A model generated the notes under the pieces. That model had not been told where the DNA came from, made no database searches, and saw only the letters and a program-made list of their open reading frames with translations. The translations under genes and the position numbers were made by a program. DNA of 64,000 nucleotides from Marsupella aquatica (lineage: Eukaryota; Plantae; Marchantiophyta), in NCBI GenBank assembly GCA_973895155.1, contig OZ316893.1, forward strand, positions 23,458,015 to 23,522,014. The letters run 5' to 3'. Of the stretch, positions 23,996-37,000 are shown one piece after another (within the stretch, counting starts at the first letter, position 1; each line of letters opens with the position of its first letter).

Positions 23996-24012
23996 GGCTC
24001 GTGCTGATAACG
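23996..24012 (-). other. Primer-binding site CGTTATCAGCACGAGCC
   Basis: Lies immediately inside the 5' LTR. It is not a TGG-type PBS and resembles the Bianca-type PBS. Confidence 0.7.
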
Positions 24013-24209
24013 TGTTGTAATAGACAACTAAAGGAACACTCAAAGATACTCCAACAAGATAGATTCATTACTATTGATGAGGGGATATATATATCCCCTT
24101 GGTTACATGGTAGGCAAATGCCCTTATACTGGTCCTATGGTTAGGAGTTCTCATACTATGGTTAAGGGTTCTCGCCCTATGGTTAAGGGGTAAACTAGGG
24201 TTTACAACA
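24013..24209 (-). repeat. copia 5' LTR
   Basis: Identical by eye to 18336-18532. Followed on the minus strand by the PBS. Confidence 0.95.
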
Positions 24210-25688
24210 AATCCAATATTCTTCGCAAATATTTACATGAGTTAGTTTCGGAGTTGGCGAGCGATTTTTCCGTCTTCGGAAGGTGCCTTTCCATTCGACG
24301 CATTTCGGTAAAAATTGCAAAACCACTTACTTCACAATTTATTAGCGATATAATGCGCTTCAGCTATTATATTTGCGATAGGGATAGAATCGCAAATTGC
24401 GATGCGGGTTGATTCGCAAAATATGCAAAGCGCCGCCCATCGGAAATACAAGAGCGTCGACAAAAATACCTTCGCAAAAGTGTCAAATATGTTGTAGTGT
24501 ATGCGACGACGCTCTTATTTGGATGCGTTCAAAACGCGACAATCTTATTTGGGAGGGAGAGCACGGCTGGCCACGATTTCAGACCTTGGGAGAGAACGAG
24601 TACAAGCAGTGGAAGACAGACCGTAAAGCAAAGGCCATTCAGAGTTACATGACGAACATGATATATATGTACAAGAAGCTTCTCTCTTGTACTGACGAAT
24701 TTGCATAGAAGCAGGTCCATGTTATCTCAGACCCCCAATCCACAACCATAATTCCCAATAATTTGTTTTTGTAATGTTGCATGCTTCACTAACAATCCAT
24801 CTCACAAAATGGTGTGTTGCATTACAGCTTGAAGCGGAGGCTATTTGGACTGACACTTCAGACGAGGACCCAATTTCTGAGTCCAATGCTGAACGCAAGG
24901 ACGAGGAGCGCTTCCTTGACGATGTTGCTGTTGACATGTTTGCAATCACAACGACACAGAAGGAAACTTAGAGTCTGAGGAATTTCAGCATGCACAGAGT
25001 GATATTTGTGCAGGTGGAGTAGTTTTGTTTGTGACTATGTAAGAGCCATTGTAGAGTAGTGTCCAGTTGAAGTCCAACTGGTACCATGCCTTATATACTT
25101 GGCATTTTGTACAAGTGTGTAGCCTCCCGTCGGTAGGAAACTTGTGCTACAAAATTTTGGCAACAGGTCCATTGCGCATATGCTTCATACTCATACTCCA
25201 CATAGTCTATTTTGGAAATTATAGTAAGTACGTCTTCCATTAGTGTTCCCTGTTGGTGAGCCCATTTTCAGAATAAATATATGATCCATGTTACATTGTG
25301 TCAATGAATGACACTCCGAGCACTAAGTTCCATGTAAGGCATCACTAATGGGGAATTTCATAGTGTTGCTTGGGAATGCATGTTGCTTCAGACGAAGCAT
25401 CCGTTCAGTGCAAGGGCGAGGCAACATGTTCGCAAAAAGCATTGGCAGAAACTGATGGATATTATATTGACACAAGCCATAATTAAATGACAAAGCAAAT
25501 TAAAAGTCACTCAATGCTAAAAACATCCATCGCCAGAAATTAAGTATGTCAGTAAATGTTTTTTACAAAGTATTGTGACACAGCCATAAATGCTCTACTC
25601 ATCAACGATGGACACTACCTCCTCCAACGTATGTGTGGGTGGACAGCTTCCTGACGCGCTGAATCCTACCGAGAACGCCTGAACAAGC

Positions 25689-28600
25689 TCACTGAAGTTT
25701 GGTGACATGGCCCAGGCTTGGCTGGACCCAATCTGGATTTTCCCAATCGTGTCCACGGTTGACTGGCTGAGCGGCACTGTCAAGCCCAAGGGTGACTGTA
25801 AAGCTTGGGTCAGTAATTTGCTTGGCGGAAATGGTGGCGTTGCTGGGTTCTTTCTCATCCTTCTTGCCTTTGATGGGGGGGGGGGCATTTACTTTATCGC
25901 CTACCATATGAGGGCGATTTGAGATGGCTTGGCACATGTCTGCCAAGGCGCCCATGGATTCAGACTCGAATTTAGCTTGGAAAGATAGTTGCTTTGGCTT
26001 ACGTTTGATGTGGAGTTTCTCTGGCGCATTGGGTCCACTGACCAAATTGTGCAAGTCCCCCTGCACAAATGGGGCTTCATTTTCTTTGTTTGCACAGTTT
26101 GACGCGGCCATCCCGTTGTTGGCAGCGTCATTGAACGGCACCCCCTTGCGCTTGGTTGTCCTCCTTGATCCCATCAATTTGTCGACCCATCCTTGTTTCT
26201 TGACAGTAGTCTTGTCTATTCCTGCTGCAGCCATGAGTGCCTCACATGCCGACTCCCGCTCAAGCTTTGCCACATTAAGTTGAGCTTCTCGTTTCAACAT
26301 TGACTCCATCCAATGACCAAGTTCAATGAACGCTTGTTTTGCAAGAGTCGGGTGGTATGAAATCTTCATATAACATTTGGTTATAATTGCTTCAATTTTC
26401 TCTAGAGGCGGAGCAAATTCAATGTCCTCAGTTGCCTCGGGCTACGATGTGTCCCAAATGTCGTCATTATTTGAGCACAAAGTGATATTGGCAACTGCAC
26501 CCGGCAATTGCGAGGTTTCGCCATGCACAACATTGAAATGGTAGTCAAGACCACTTGCAAATGACCCCATCTTTGTCCCAAGTTGATGGAGTACTTCCAA
26601 TTCAGTCATCTTCTTTGTAAACAGCAAAACTTTTATCTGCACGGACAAACAAGGCACCGTCCATAAGCGGGAGAGCATTCCCAATTGTCCCAATGTTATG
26701 GTGGCTCCAATAGAGGTGCTGTACTTACCTGATGTTTGCAGGCGTTTCCCTGAAGCGAATAGCCACATGTACAATGACAAGCGTCTTTGTCCCAGTCAGT
26801 AACAAGGTGCTCCTTTGTGGCCAAATTTTTGGAAGAGGTGCTTCGAACGCATGCACATTGGGCCAGCCCGCACTGAAAGATTTGTACAAAATCATCTGGG
26901 ATTGCCTTGGCCCTATTCAGAGACTTATGCACATGGCCTTCAATTGTCTTGTTCCTGATACATCCCTGGAATTTCTTGGGACCAATACACCAGTAATGAT
27001 TCTCCAGCACCCTCAAACAACCTAGCAGCCATGGTATCTAGATCGACCTGTAATGCTATACCTGCCGGCCTTTAACTCCATCTTCAGAGTGTGATGCCAA
27101 CGCTCGATACCACCATTTGTATTCTGGTTAGCATGACGGTATGCTCTCAACTTTATTGCCCAACTGCAAACCTTCCCGTGCCATTCTCTTCTATAATAGG
27201 CAACAAACACAGGTTGGGAGTGTATCCATCGATCCATGAAGGCTTGAGACTCTTCAGTGATGTCTGTACAAAAACACAATTCTTTCAGCACTGTACATAT
27301 GAAGAGGCAAAGTGCACAACTGCAACCTGTCATCAATGGGACCAATGTGTATGAGCGCGATTGTACAGGAAACTCACCAGTGACATCACTATTTGAATAC
27401 ATGATTGCTCCCAAATCCGAATTTATTTGGGCTTTGGCGAATGGACAAAACACCTTCGATATAATATTTTTTGTCCACGCTCTTCGAACGTGCCATGTAC
27501 AATAGGTGATATGCACATTCGGGAATACTTGCCTGTAAACATGACATATTAATATTCAGTTTGTCTGTCACTCAGTGTGTGCATGTAGCAGTCTAACATC
27601 GAATAGCGAGTCTGGATGTAGCAATTATGAACACATTAATATGAATATGGGATTTTTGTACCTGATGGCAAGTTGCTCCTCGTCTGCTACATCCACAATC
27701 CAGCAGTTAGGAGTCCAAGGGACTGGCAAATTGACTTGTAACCTTTGGGTATTTGCACAATCCTTCAAGGCGGTCAACACCTGGCTCACTTGCAGTGCTT
27801 TGTACATTTGCAACAGAGCAAATGCTACAGGAATAGCATTCTGGAATCTGTCGAAAACAACGACCGTGTAAAATGGGAACTGCCAAATATACACAACTGA
27901 CGTTAATTAGTTCTTATTACATAAGCATGTTGTGGTGTCAATGATGTGATGATGAGTAAGGATTGAAGGCAAAGGAGAAACACGTAAGGCAACACTCCTT
28001 ACACCAAGGTGGTTGGTGCCAAAAGTAGCATCGAATGCTACTGGTCCATCGTGCCCGAGTTCCGCTAGCTTCTTCTGTTGCTAAGGAGATGACCACATGA
28101 GAATGAAAGGCTGATTTTCAGATGTGATTTGTGGTTGATATAATAGAACTTGCTCCTCGTTTTGAAGGACCCACATTTTAGTGGCTTGAGCTTTGTCAGA
28201 GCAGTAATCTGGTTACCGTCGTCTCATAGAATCCCTCACTGTTTGCACATCTCTTGGCGTCAGTTGCATATCCCTGGACATGATGACATCGGCATCTTCA
28301 TCTGGGTGTTCTTTCCGCCATCTTGTAAGAATTTCTTCAAAGTGGGCATCAACAATTGCCCGGGCAGTCAACCCTGCCCGAAAGTACCGCTCAATTTTGC
28401 GACGTAGCTTCAATGATATTCTTGGCGCAATGTGTGCATTTGCCTAGAAAGCTGTGGGGTCTTGGAGGCCATGGCAGACCTTGTTCTCCCTATCCAGATG
28501 CTCTTTGCGTATCCATTTTAGCATCACAGCCCCTGGGCGGTCCTCGTATTTAGTGCAAGTGAAGGAGCATCTACAACCGCGATGTATAGACATGCCTGCA

Positions 28601-29279
28601 AAAACAGAATATATGGATCATGGGAACAAAATAAATAGGCATACTAAAATACTAGGATGCGATAAAGTGAGTATGAGTGCGCTGCAGCAACAATCACCAA
28701 AGGGGTAAAGAGTAAAAAAAATTACCTGTCACTATTTTTCTCTTGAGGAACACCGTTCCCTCCTTGGATTTAAGATTCTTAGGGACTTTCGTTGATTTCC
28801 AACCTTGATAGTCTTCCGGGCCAAAACAACAACAGTACAGAGTTGTGGTCTTCACCAAAGGCCCAGTTTTGTAAATACGGTTCTCTAGCATTTGTCGGGT
28901 GGCAAATTGTGTATGACAATCCTGCCTCATGTTCTCGCCCCATATGAAATCCAAGCATAATTGCTCTTGGATCCATACCACTGAAGAGCAGTGTACTCAA
29001 ATTCCCGTGGAGGAGGAATCTGGATGTTATCGCATTTGGCGTATTTGGAGCGGCTTTTGCGCAAAGAGGGCAATTTTCATGGCAACTCAAAATTGTTAGA
29101 ATGTACATCATGAACATCATCATCGATATTGAGGCCACGCAATTCATCCAAGAAACATCTAGGGCATCTGGATCACCGTTCGCAACTGGCACAGGCGGAG
29201 CATGTTGTGGCTTGAAAGCATTGAGGTGAGCTTCCAAGTGTGCAAGATCAAACACAGAAGTTGGATTAAAATTGGACAT
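25689..29279 (-). pseudogene. MULE (MuDR/FAR1-like) transposase with SWIM zinc finger, multi-exon, premature stop
   Basis: GCRCSF...H..CHG zinc module, VAFDATFGTN (first D), WIVDVADEE, YCTWHVRRAW (CxxH), TNGGIERWHHTLK (E), SWIM CHCTCGYSLQGNACKH. TAG at 28081-28083 in place of the expected Trp. Confidence 0.88.
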
Positions 29280-29511
29280 GACAGCAATCCTGAGGTTACG
29301 CACGAGACAAACACAAGGTGGCAGATTGCACGAGGCAAACGGAAATTCGGTAATTGCACGACATTCCACTCCATTCCTGACTACATAATGAACTGCCAGG
29401 GAATGGAATGTGCACAGGTTAGGTTCCCCCGATGACAGTACATCCCGCTCAAACATTTCAAAGCGTATTGACACACAATTTTGAATGCGTAGAAGGGGAG
29501 TAAGTATGAGA

Positions 29512-29792
29512 GATACGGCCATTCCCGGGCATTGAGCGAGCCGACCCAAGAAGAGGGATGGTTGCCGGTCGCGCAGAAGTGGCCCGGCACCGGTGGCCAA
29601 ACTTGGGGGCTCGGTCCTGCCTTTCAGGGGAGGTGGCTTGGGCCAATGGTCCGGGAGGGACAGTCTGCCCGAACTGTCCCCAAACTGCCCAAGACGCTAA
29701 TAAGGATTAATAAGGTGTAACCCGCAGAGCCTGACTGTCAATGGGCAATGTCGATGCATTAATGTGCATCGATATTGCCAATCGTGCTGAAT
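29512..29792 (-). repeat. MULE right TIR
   Basis: Reverse complement of 5084-5382. Confidence 0.93.
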
Positions 29793-30639
29793 TACGAACT
29801 GATGTCTATTTAATCACATGTGGCATGAGGTCATATCCTCATCCATTGGGAGGACTCCCCCGGTAGATTCTATTTCTGAGCACTTTACTTTTATCTCCAT
29901 GACCACACATCTATACGCATGGTGAACACAAAATGAAATCCTTTTCTTGTGAAAACAAAATTCTTTTATCATGAAAACGATAAAAAATCTAGTAATGCGT
30001 TCACCTGTATTAGAAACCTGAGAGGAGGCAATGTAGGAATTGGAAATTGTAATTGCAATGTAGGAATTGGAAATTTATGAGCCCAAGAATATGGAAATGT
30101 GGGATAATTGTCATTAAGTTGTGAGAGGTTTTATACATGGAACCACGTCCCCTTGGTGACCCGGTCAAGTCAAATAAGAATATCATGTATTCTCTCATAC
30201 CACATATTCACTCCTATGTGCCTATTGCATAACTCACCTCATAGTCTAGTTTAAATCATTCGCTTTGGATGGTGACCTACCACTTTGGACAACGGCCTAC
30301 CAAACCTTTTCTAATACTCCCACTTTAGAGACTAAAGTAGGACCCTAATAAAACCCTAACATTTTTCTCAAATAAATGTGCTTAATTGTCCTTTGGAATA
30401 GTTCTGGTTTACCATGAAGTAAGGTATATAACTAGTTTGAAACTCTGGAAAGCTAGAATTCCTGCCTGCGTGCTTGTTAATTAGATCGATGAAATCTAAA
30501 TCTCATCAAAGTAGAAAAGAAATGTTGGAGCAGACCCAAGATTTGGAATACTTCAACAATAAATATATCTGGAATTGCCAAAATTAAATCAAACAACAAC
30601 CTCTCTGCTATCTCTAAACCCAAAGACAAAGTGGGAGAG

Positions 30640-31750
30640 GACTCAAGATCTCAAGTATTTGGATGAGAATGTCGCTGCCATTTCATCAATGAAACAATAG
30701 ATTACTTCTATGTCACCGCTTTCAACTAGCTTCCTACTACAGTGAGATTGAATATCAATGTGCTTGCTCCTATTGTGAAGCCGAGATGCTTCAAGCAAGC
30801 TAAAAGCACTTTGGTGATCACAATGAATGACGGCTCTTGCTTGCTGATGATGCAAGTCTCCAAGAAATCTTTTCAAGGTTCCACACTATCTTAGTGCATG
30901 CCTTTGATAAGACCATGTATTCTGCTTCGGTGCTAGACAAGGCTACAATTTTTTCCTTTTTGCTTGCCCAATTCACTATTGCATTTGAGAGCATGAAGCA
31001 GTAAGCAGAGGTTGATCTTGTTGTGTCAATATCTCCTTCCCAATCAGCATCAGTATATCCATGTAAAGGAATCAAAGATTTTGATCTTTTATACACCAAA
31101 CCCATACTTGATGTGCCTTTCAAGTATCAAAAAATCCGTTTCACAGTCACCCAATGCTTTGCACCGGGATTGGACATGAATTGTGTCAATGACCCAACTG
31201 CATAGAAAAAGTCAAGCTTTTTGCATATCATAGCCCACATGAGGCTTCCAACTGCATTTTGGTATGAAATATAGCCTCCATTTGCAACTTTTCATCTTTA
31301 GTTTGTGGGCTATCCTCCTTGCTTAGCTTTAAGCCTGACTCAACTGGAGTATGTACCACCTTGCAATTCTCCATGTTGAAAGTGCTTAATTTGTCCAAGA
31401 TGTATCTCTCTTGAGACATCTTGAGCCAACCCTCTATTTTGTTGCGAGAGATTTCCATACCATGACAATTATGTATATTGTCTGAGTCACTTATCTTGAA
31501 TTCCTTCATGAGTGCCCGCATGAGTGTCTTTTTGACTTTAGCTAACATGTTGGTGTCATTGCTTGCAAGTATGCAATCATCAACATATAGAGCTAATATC
31601 ACCAAATTTTCCTCCTGACTCATAATAGTACACATTTGAGTCAACTATGCACTTTCTAAAGCCAATGCTTAACAAGAAAGTGTCAATCCCCTTATACCAC
31701 AACCTAGAGGATTGCTTGAGGCCATATAATGCCCTCAATAGGAGGCAAGC
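30640..31750 (-). mobile_element. Decayed Ty1/copia remnant: RT C-terminal half and RNase H
   Basis: ALYGLKQSSRLWY, LALYVDDC, GYTDADW, ALSSTEAEY, RSKHIDI, with frameshifts. Confidence 0.85.
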
Positions 31751-34077
31751 CATACCATTTCAAGGTCAACAATTTTCTCCAACCACTTCCAACATAGTGA
31801 CGGACCAAACGGGAAGTGTGACCACCCAACAAGAAGTGTGTTTTGGATTTTGCCAAAAATGGCAAAAAATCCCATAAATTTATCTAAAAAACATGAATTT
31901 TAGTAAGAATCTGAAATTGGATCCAACATCGGATTCCAACTCGAGATACTTTCTAACCAAAACTGGCAAATCTCTATAATTTCTAATTTCTAACACTTCA
32001 TCTCTAAAATTAGGAAAAACTTTGAAACGCCTATAGCAACTAGTCCTCTCTCTTGTCACACCATTTTAGGTAGTGTTAGAGTGTATCGTACTATCTAGAT
32101 CCGTATGTTTGGTATGTGTGCTATATGAGCCAATAAGGTTCTGTTAGGTTTGTGTGAGAGAGTAGTTCTCTCTTGTGAGGCATTGAAAGGTTATCTTTCA
32201 ATGTTGAGCCTTGGAGAGGGGAGCTTGTGTGGTGGCTATGGTGGCTGAGAGCTCTCTCTATGTAGCGTGGATTCCTTGAGTGCAAGGTGCGTTGGCTCGA
32301 CATATGTGTGTGATCGGATCGGACGGGATTGAGTGCATATTGTTGGCGTCGATTGTTGTTTGGATTCTATTGAGATTACATTGAAAGATCAGATGCAAAC
32401 TCTGTTGTGCGGACTGTGCAAACAGAAGTTTGATACATATTGATTGAATTGGCAACGGCTCGTGGAAATCGTTTGAAGCTATTGAGTGGATCCATGGTAG
32501 CTTGGATTGTACTAAATAGATTGTTAGTATTTCAATCTGCTGCTGTTTGTGTCTTGTTGCCGAGCTGTTTTGAGAAGAGAAATTGCAGATCGCTCATTGT
32601 TTCGCCATATCTGTAAGGAGACTATATTGATCTGGGCACATGATGCTGCTGTTGAATGGGTAGCCAACTTTGAATGTTGTTTTTCGTGAAGGAAAGCACT
32701 TTGCAAATGTTTGCAAATCATTGAGTAGACGTTGGGCAGGCGCAGGTGAAGCGAGGGGTTGCTGCCAAACCCGAAGTTTCATGAAAGGGCCAAAGTCTAT
32801 CTGCGTTTTTCATAAAGGAAATGACTCGCAAATATTGCCAAATTTGTGAGGGCTGCAATCCGTAGATTCGGTTCGACAGGGCACTGCATTGACGCAATAG
32901 GCTGTCCGCTGCATTTCCGTGAAGGAAACTCAAGGCCGAAGTGTGGATGTTGCCGAATCTGGAAGTTGAGTCCGGAGTAGCGGGCGTGAAGGGCTCATCT
33001 CAGCGTTTTGAGGCTTCGAGGCAACTTGTGGTTACTCGGGACATGAGGGCGAAGCAAGAGCAGGCGGGCGAGCAAGCCAGCAGCAAGCCTGGTACGTGAG
33101 GAGAATTGCAAATGCTACCATTTTGGAGTGACAGATTTGGTGCATAATGACAAGTGAGAGGTCACCCATCCCAAAGTTATTCCTCCCCTCATGAGCTTAA
33201 CTAGCAAGTTCCTATGTGGTGCATTGTACATGCTTCCTTACACACTTGGTGTCTAAGGAATGAGGCCCTAGGGGTTTTATGCACTTTTGAATTCATCTAG
33301 CTACTCTATTTGAACTGTGATGGATTCTTGAATATTTGACGCGAGATTCTTGAGGCCTATTATGAAGGCCCTACATTGAACTATATGAACATTATTTTCA
33401 CGTATTTTTGATTGATGTGGAGAGTTGTGGTAAATCCGCTTCTTGTTGTTGGATCCTCTCCACACATGCTTCCTACCCATGCGCCATGTTTGTGTTGTGT
33501 GGCCGGGCGCTTGATTCCAGAGGAGTGATTTGCAACCGAACACTCTAGCTGTGCTATGTATTTCTCTCATGGTGATGTTGGAGTGATGCCCAACACACCA
33601 TGGTGAGTGCTTGTGGTGTTGGCAGGGACATATTGCCCTTAGAGTTAGCACATAGATTAGGTTAGGTTGATCACCATGGATTCTTCTGGTGCTGCTAGGC
33701 TACCCGATGGACGATGGACCGGTTTCACTCGGAGTGGGGCGCAGTTTCAGCCAGTGGCATTGGTAGCAGTCAGCGGTGCAGCTTCAGACAATGATTCCGA
33801 TGAGGACTTAGTGACCAATTCTCCTCGTCATCAGGTGGTTGCACCTTTGTTGTGGGATATGGAAGAGATGTACGGGGCTACAAAGGGCCCACGACGATAC
33901 TCTGGTGTAGTTGTCATGATTGATATGGTGTCACCTGCTTATCAAATGACTAACACAACAAACACCACATGGTTCCACTAAAAATTGTTTGTATCGTATG
34001 ACGGGGACGTGGAGGGACGCTATATGGATCAATTTCATACTAAGGATGAGTAGATTCGTTTTCGCTTCCGGAAATGT

Positions 34078-37000
34078 ATTTTTTGATCAAGTCTACCGAC
34101 TATACGTAATTTGCTTTTGATCAAGTCCCGTGGACTACCTTGCTTCTACTCCTCCTGGCCTTTGGCAAAGTGCTGTCACCACTCTCCCACTCACAGGGTC
34201 GACCAAGCCATGTAAGTTTCTCTAAATACTCATACTAAGGGAAGAACACAATCGTGCAACCAAGAGAGGGAACAACACACAAGAAGTCATGAAAATCCAA
34301 CCGAATCCATATCTATTAGTGGCCAAGGTAACACATTGCATGGGCAACCCGGTCTCCTATCGTCTACCCAACTCCTATCTCACGGGACAATGCGCCTCTC
34401 CACCTCAATACTCCGGATCAATTCCCTACTCTTGTTGAAGGCTAATCCTCACAAAAACAACACTAGACTGAGTTCCCCCTTGCTCCTACCGGGGGCTGCT
34501 GGTTAAATACTGAAAACAACAATACGTGAACACACAAGCCCTAGGGTGTGGCGGCGGTCACTGCCCTGGCTGGCCGCCATCCATTGGCGGCGCCGCTAAC
34601 CTAAAAGTTTCTACACATGCGGCACACACATGCACCCCTAATCCTATTGCTACCTAAGTGAGGCCAACGGTGCCTTCGTCGGCCATCACATCACCTAAAC
34701 CAAACTAAACTAAGTCCTATATGAGTAGGCCATGGCCTACCTTCCAACACCTCCCACTACTCTGGCCATGGAAATAGCCGAAAGTCGAAGTTGATCGAAA
34801 TCTGGTCCTGAGAAATTTTATGAGTAGCCACGGCCATCCTGATCGTAACCCTGAAAACGGCTCCCAAAACGGACATCAGACGCCCGAGATATGGCCTACC
34901 GAGTCCCAAACTCTAACCTGGCCACTACCGCGTCCAAATAGTCCGTACGGTCCCGGCCTCCCATCACGACATCAAAATGAAGTACCCTGGCCATGGCCAC
35001 ATGCCCTGACTTGGCCGGGTCACTTTCCTGAAGGTTGTACGGACGTCCGTACGGCGTCGGACCCTAATTCTTCACCAAAATGTTCCGGTCCGTATCTCTC
35101 TCATTTTAACTCCGTTTGAGGCGTGTCTTACATCGTTAGATTCAGCTCGACGAGCTCCTTCCAATAAGCCCATGATTTGGCCAGTTGGACATGTGCCCAA
35201 AACCAACCTCCGTACGGTCAACCTCCGTACCACTACTCATCCTCCTCGGACTCACTTACGGTGCCGGGGCTCCATCCCCGAGAGTCATCACTGGCCTCAC
35301 TGCCCCCTGGGTAGATGCAACACCTCCTCCCCTACTCTTCCCCGGGGTTGCCCTTCCCAACGTTTGGCCCGAGGTTCCTTGCTTCCGTAATGCCGCCAAA
35401 GCCTACCAAGCCCTGATGTATCCGTGACCGATGGTGTCCTTCCACAACGTTGTCTCCTCATCACCCCGCAATTCCAGTGGCAAGACTTGGCCCATGGCCA
35501 TGGGAGTCCCCGGGGTCACCGACCTAGGTGGCATACCAGCGGTTCCCTGGCCAGACGTTGCGTTCCTTAGTGCTTTGCGGGTTGACTTCAACTTACTTTC
35601 CAGGCTCTTGCACTTCTCCTTGTCCTTCTTGGTCGCTTCCAACATTGGCCCGTAAGTCTTGGTTACTTCGATGACCATTGCATCAATGGCCTTGGCCAAC
35701 ATCCCTGGTGAAGCAACGGGAGTAACACCGGGGGGACAGGGCTTCTTCCTCTTCCCTAGACTTAGGGCGTCGGCTCTCTTGGCCCTTGTCTCATAAGCAC
35801 TCACCTGGCCACGCAACTCTGAAATCTGCTTTTTGAGGGCATCCACGCCCTTTTCGGCTTGCTTCATCGTTACCAGCTCCTTTCTCAAAGCAACTACTTC
35901 CTCGGCCTCCTTGGCCTTTGTGGACAGGGCTCCTTGCAAGTGGCCAACTTGGTCATAGGCCTGCTTCAACAACCTACTCCTCTCTTGAATAGTCTCCTCC
36001 TTGGACAGTATGACCTCCTTCAGCGACTTGTGCCCAACTTGCAAGGTGGCCACCTTTGCATTGGCCCTACTCAGAGCCCACTTCATGGCTTTGCACAATT
36101 GCCAGCCCTCGTTAATAGCATCACGGTACTCTTGCAATTTTGCCAAGTATACCTCTGGAATGTCATACACAATGGGCTCCTCGGGATTACCAATCAAGGA
36201 CTCCAACCACTGCATGGTAAACTCTTCATCCATATCCTCCTCTTCATCCGGTGCCCCCTCCACCACGGGCTCAGTGGCCAGTTCCTTGGTGGGATCCGTG
36301 GTCAAATTCTGTACGACGGTGGTGGCAATCTTTCGTAAGACGGTGGGGAAGGAGGGCAATACTCCTTCCTCTGGTTCGGGCACTGAGATGAGCCCCTCCA
36401 TCCTGTTCAAGAGAAATGACCCAAGAAAATGGATGATTCCTCCAGGCTTGTGGCCTTTGGGATCTGCGGTCAGCGTTTTCCTCAAACCAAACACCCACCA
36501 TCCGTACGTGTGCTCCGGGTGCTGCTTGATGTCCAATGCAATGGCCAAGTGTTCCCTGTAATTATACTTGATTGCACCCGGCTGAGTATCCGTTGATGGA
36601 CCTTTCCAACAAAACCCCTGAGCGCTGGGTCCTTGAAGGATGCAAGGGAAATGTGTACCACAGAGGTAGCCTCCTTCACGTACATGGCCAGCTCTTCCAA
36701 TGTGAGTGTCCCTGGTGGCTCCATGGGGTAGAATGTCAGGTCCTGGTTGTGCAACATCAGCAACCGAGTCAATTCGTCACGAGGGAGGGTGCGCTTGATG
36801 CATGCAAAGTACAATCCATCATCCCGTAAGTCCATCCCATCCTCAATGTTCCAATGCCTATCCATTGGAGCACGCATGTCCACTCGCATTAAATTGATAA
36901 TCCCGGTGGATTCAAACAATTCACGGCTATCGTCCAGAAGCTTGGCCAATGTCTTGGGGTATGAACGTCGTTGAGTCCTTCGTGACATGGGTGCTTCACT

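Larger units (their letters stand above)
18336..24209 (-). mobile_element. Ty1/copia LTR retrotransposon, Bianca-like, full length
   Basis: 197-bp LTRs (TG...CA) at 18336-18532 and 24013-24209. 5-bp TSD AATCC. PPT AGGGGGAG. PBS CGTTATCAGCACGAG. Order gag-PR-IN-RT-RH. Bianca-like motifs ADICGPIDPPSGPFKYF, MDATTYRYL, LKQSGRIWY. Confidence 0.95.
8887..24499 (+). mobile_element. CACTA (En/Spm) DNA transposon
   Basis: Termini CACTACAACA / TGTTGTAGTG. 3-bp TSD TAT at 8884-8886 and 24500-24502. Subterminal TTCGCA/TGCGAA repeats. Tnp2-type transposase inside. Confidence 0.95.
7337..24708 (+). pseudogene. MULE accessory multi-exon gene with C2H2-like zinc finger, disrupted by the CACTA insertion
   Basis: Exon ~8043-8374 encodes CKMLPC-x13-HVYKKH. 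A GT-AG intron (8375-8491) joins in frame to 8492-8886. Removing the CACTA and one TAT gives ...AVLWNHL-CDDALIWMRS... to a stop at 24708. The 5' exons (~7337-7940) are uncertain. Confidence 0.6.
5084..29792 (-). mobile_element. Mutator-like DNA transposon (MULE) with long TIRs, containing nested CACTA and copia elements
   Basis: TIRs 5084-5382 and 29512-29792 (ATTCAGCACGATTGGCAAT... / ...ATTGCCAATCGTGCTGAAT). 8-bp TSD TACGAACT at 5076-5083 and 29793-29800. Internal MULE transposase. The flanks rejoin into sequence paralogous to ~720-890. Confidence 0.93.
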
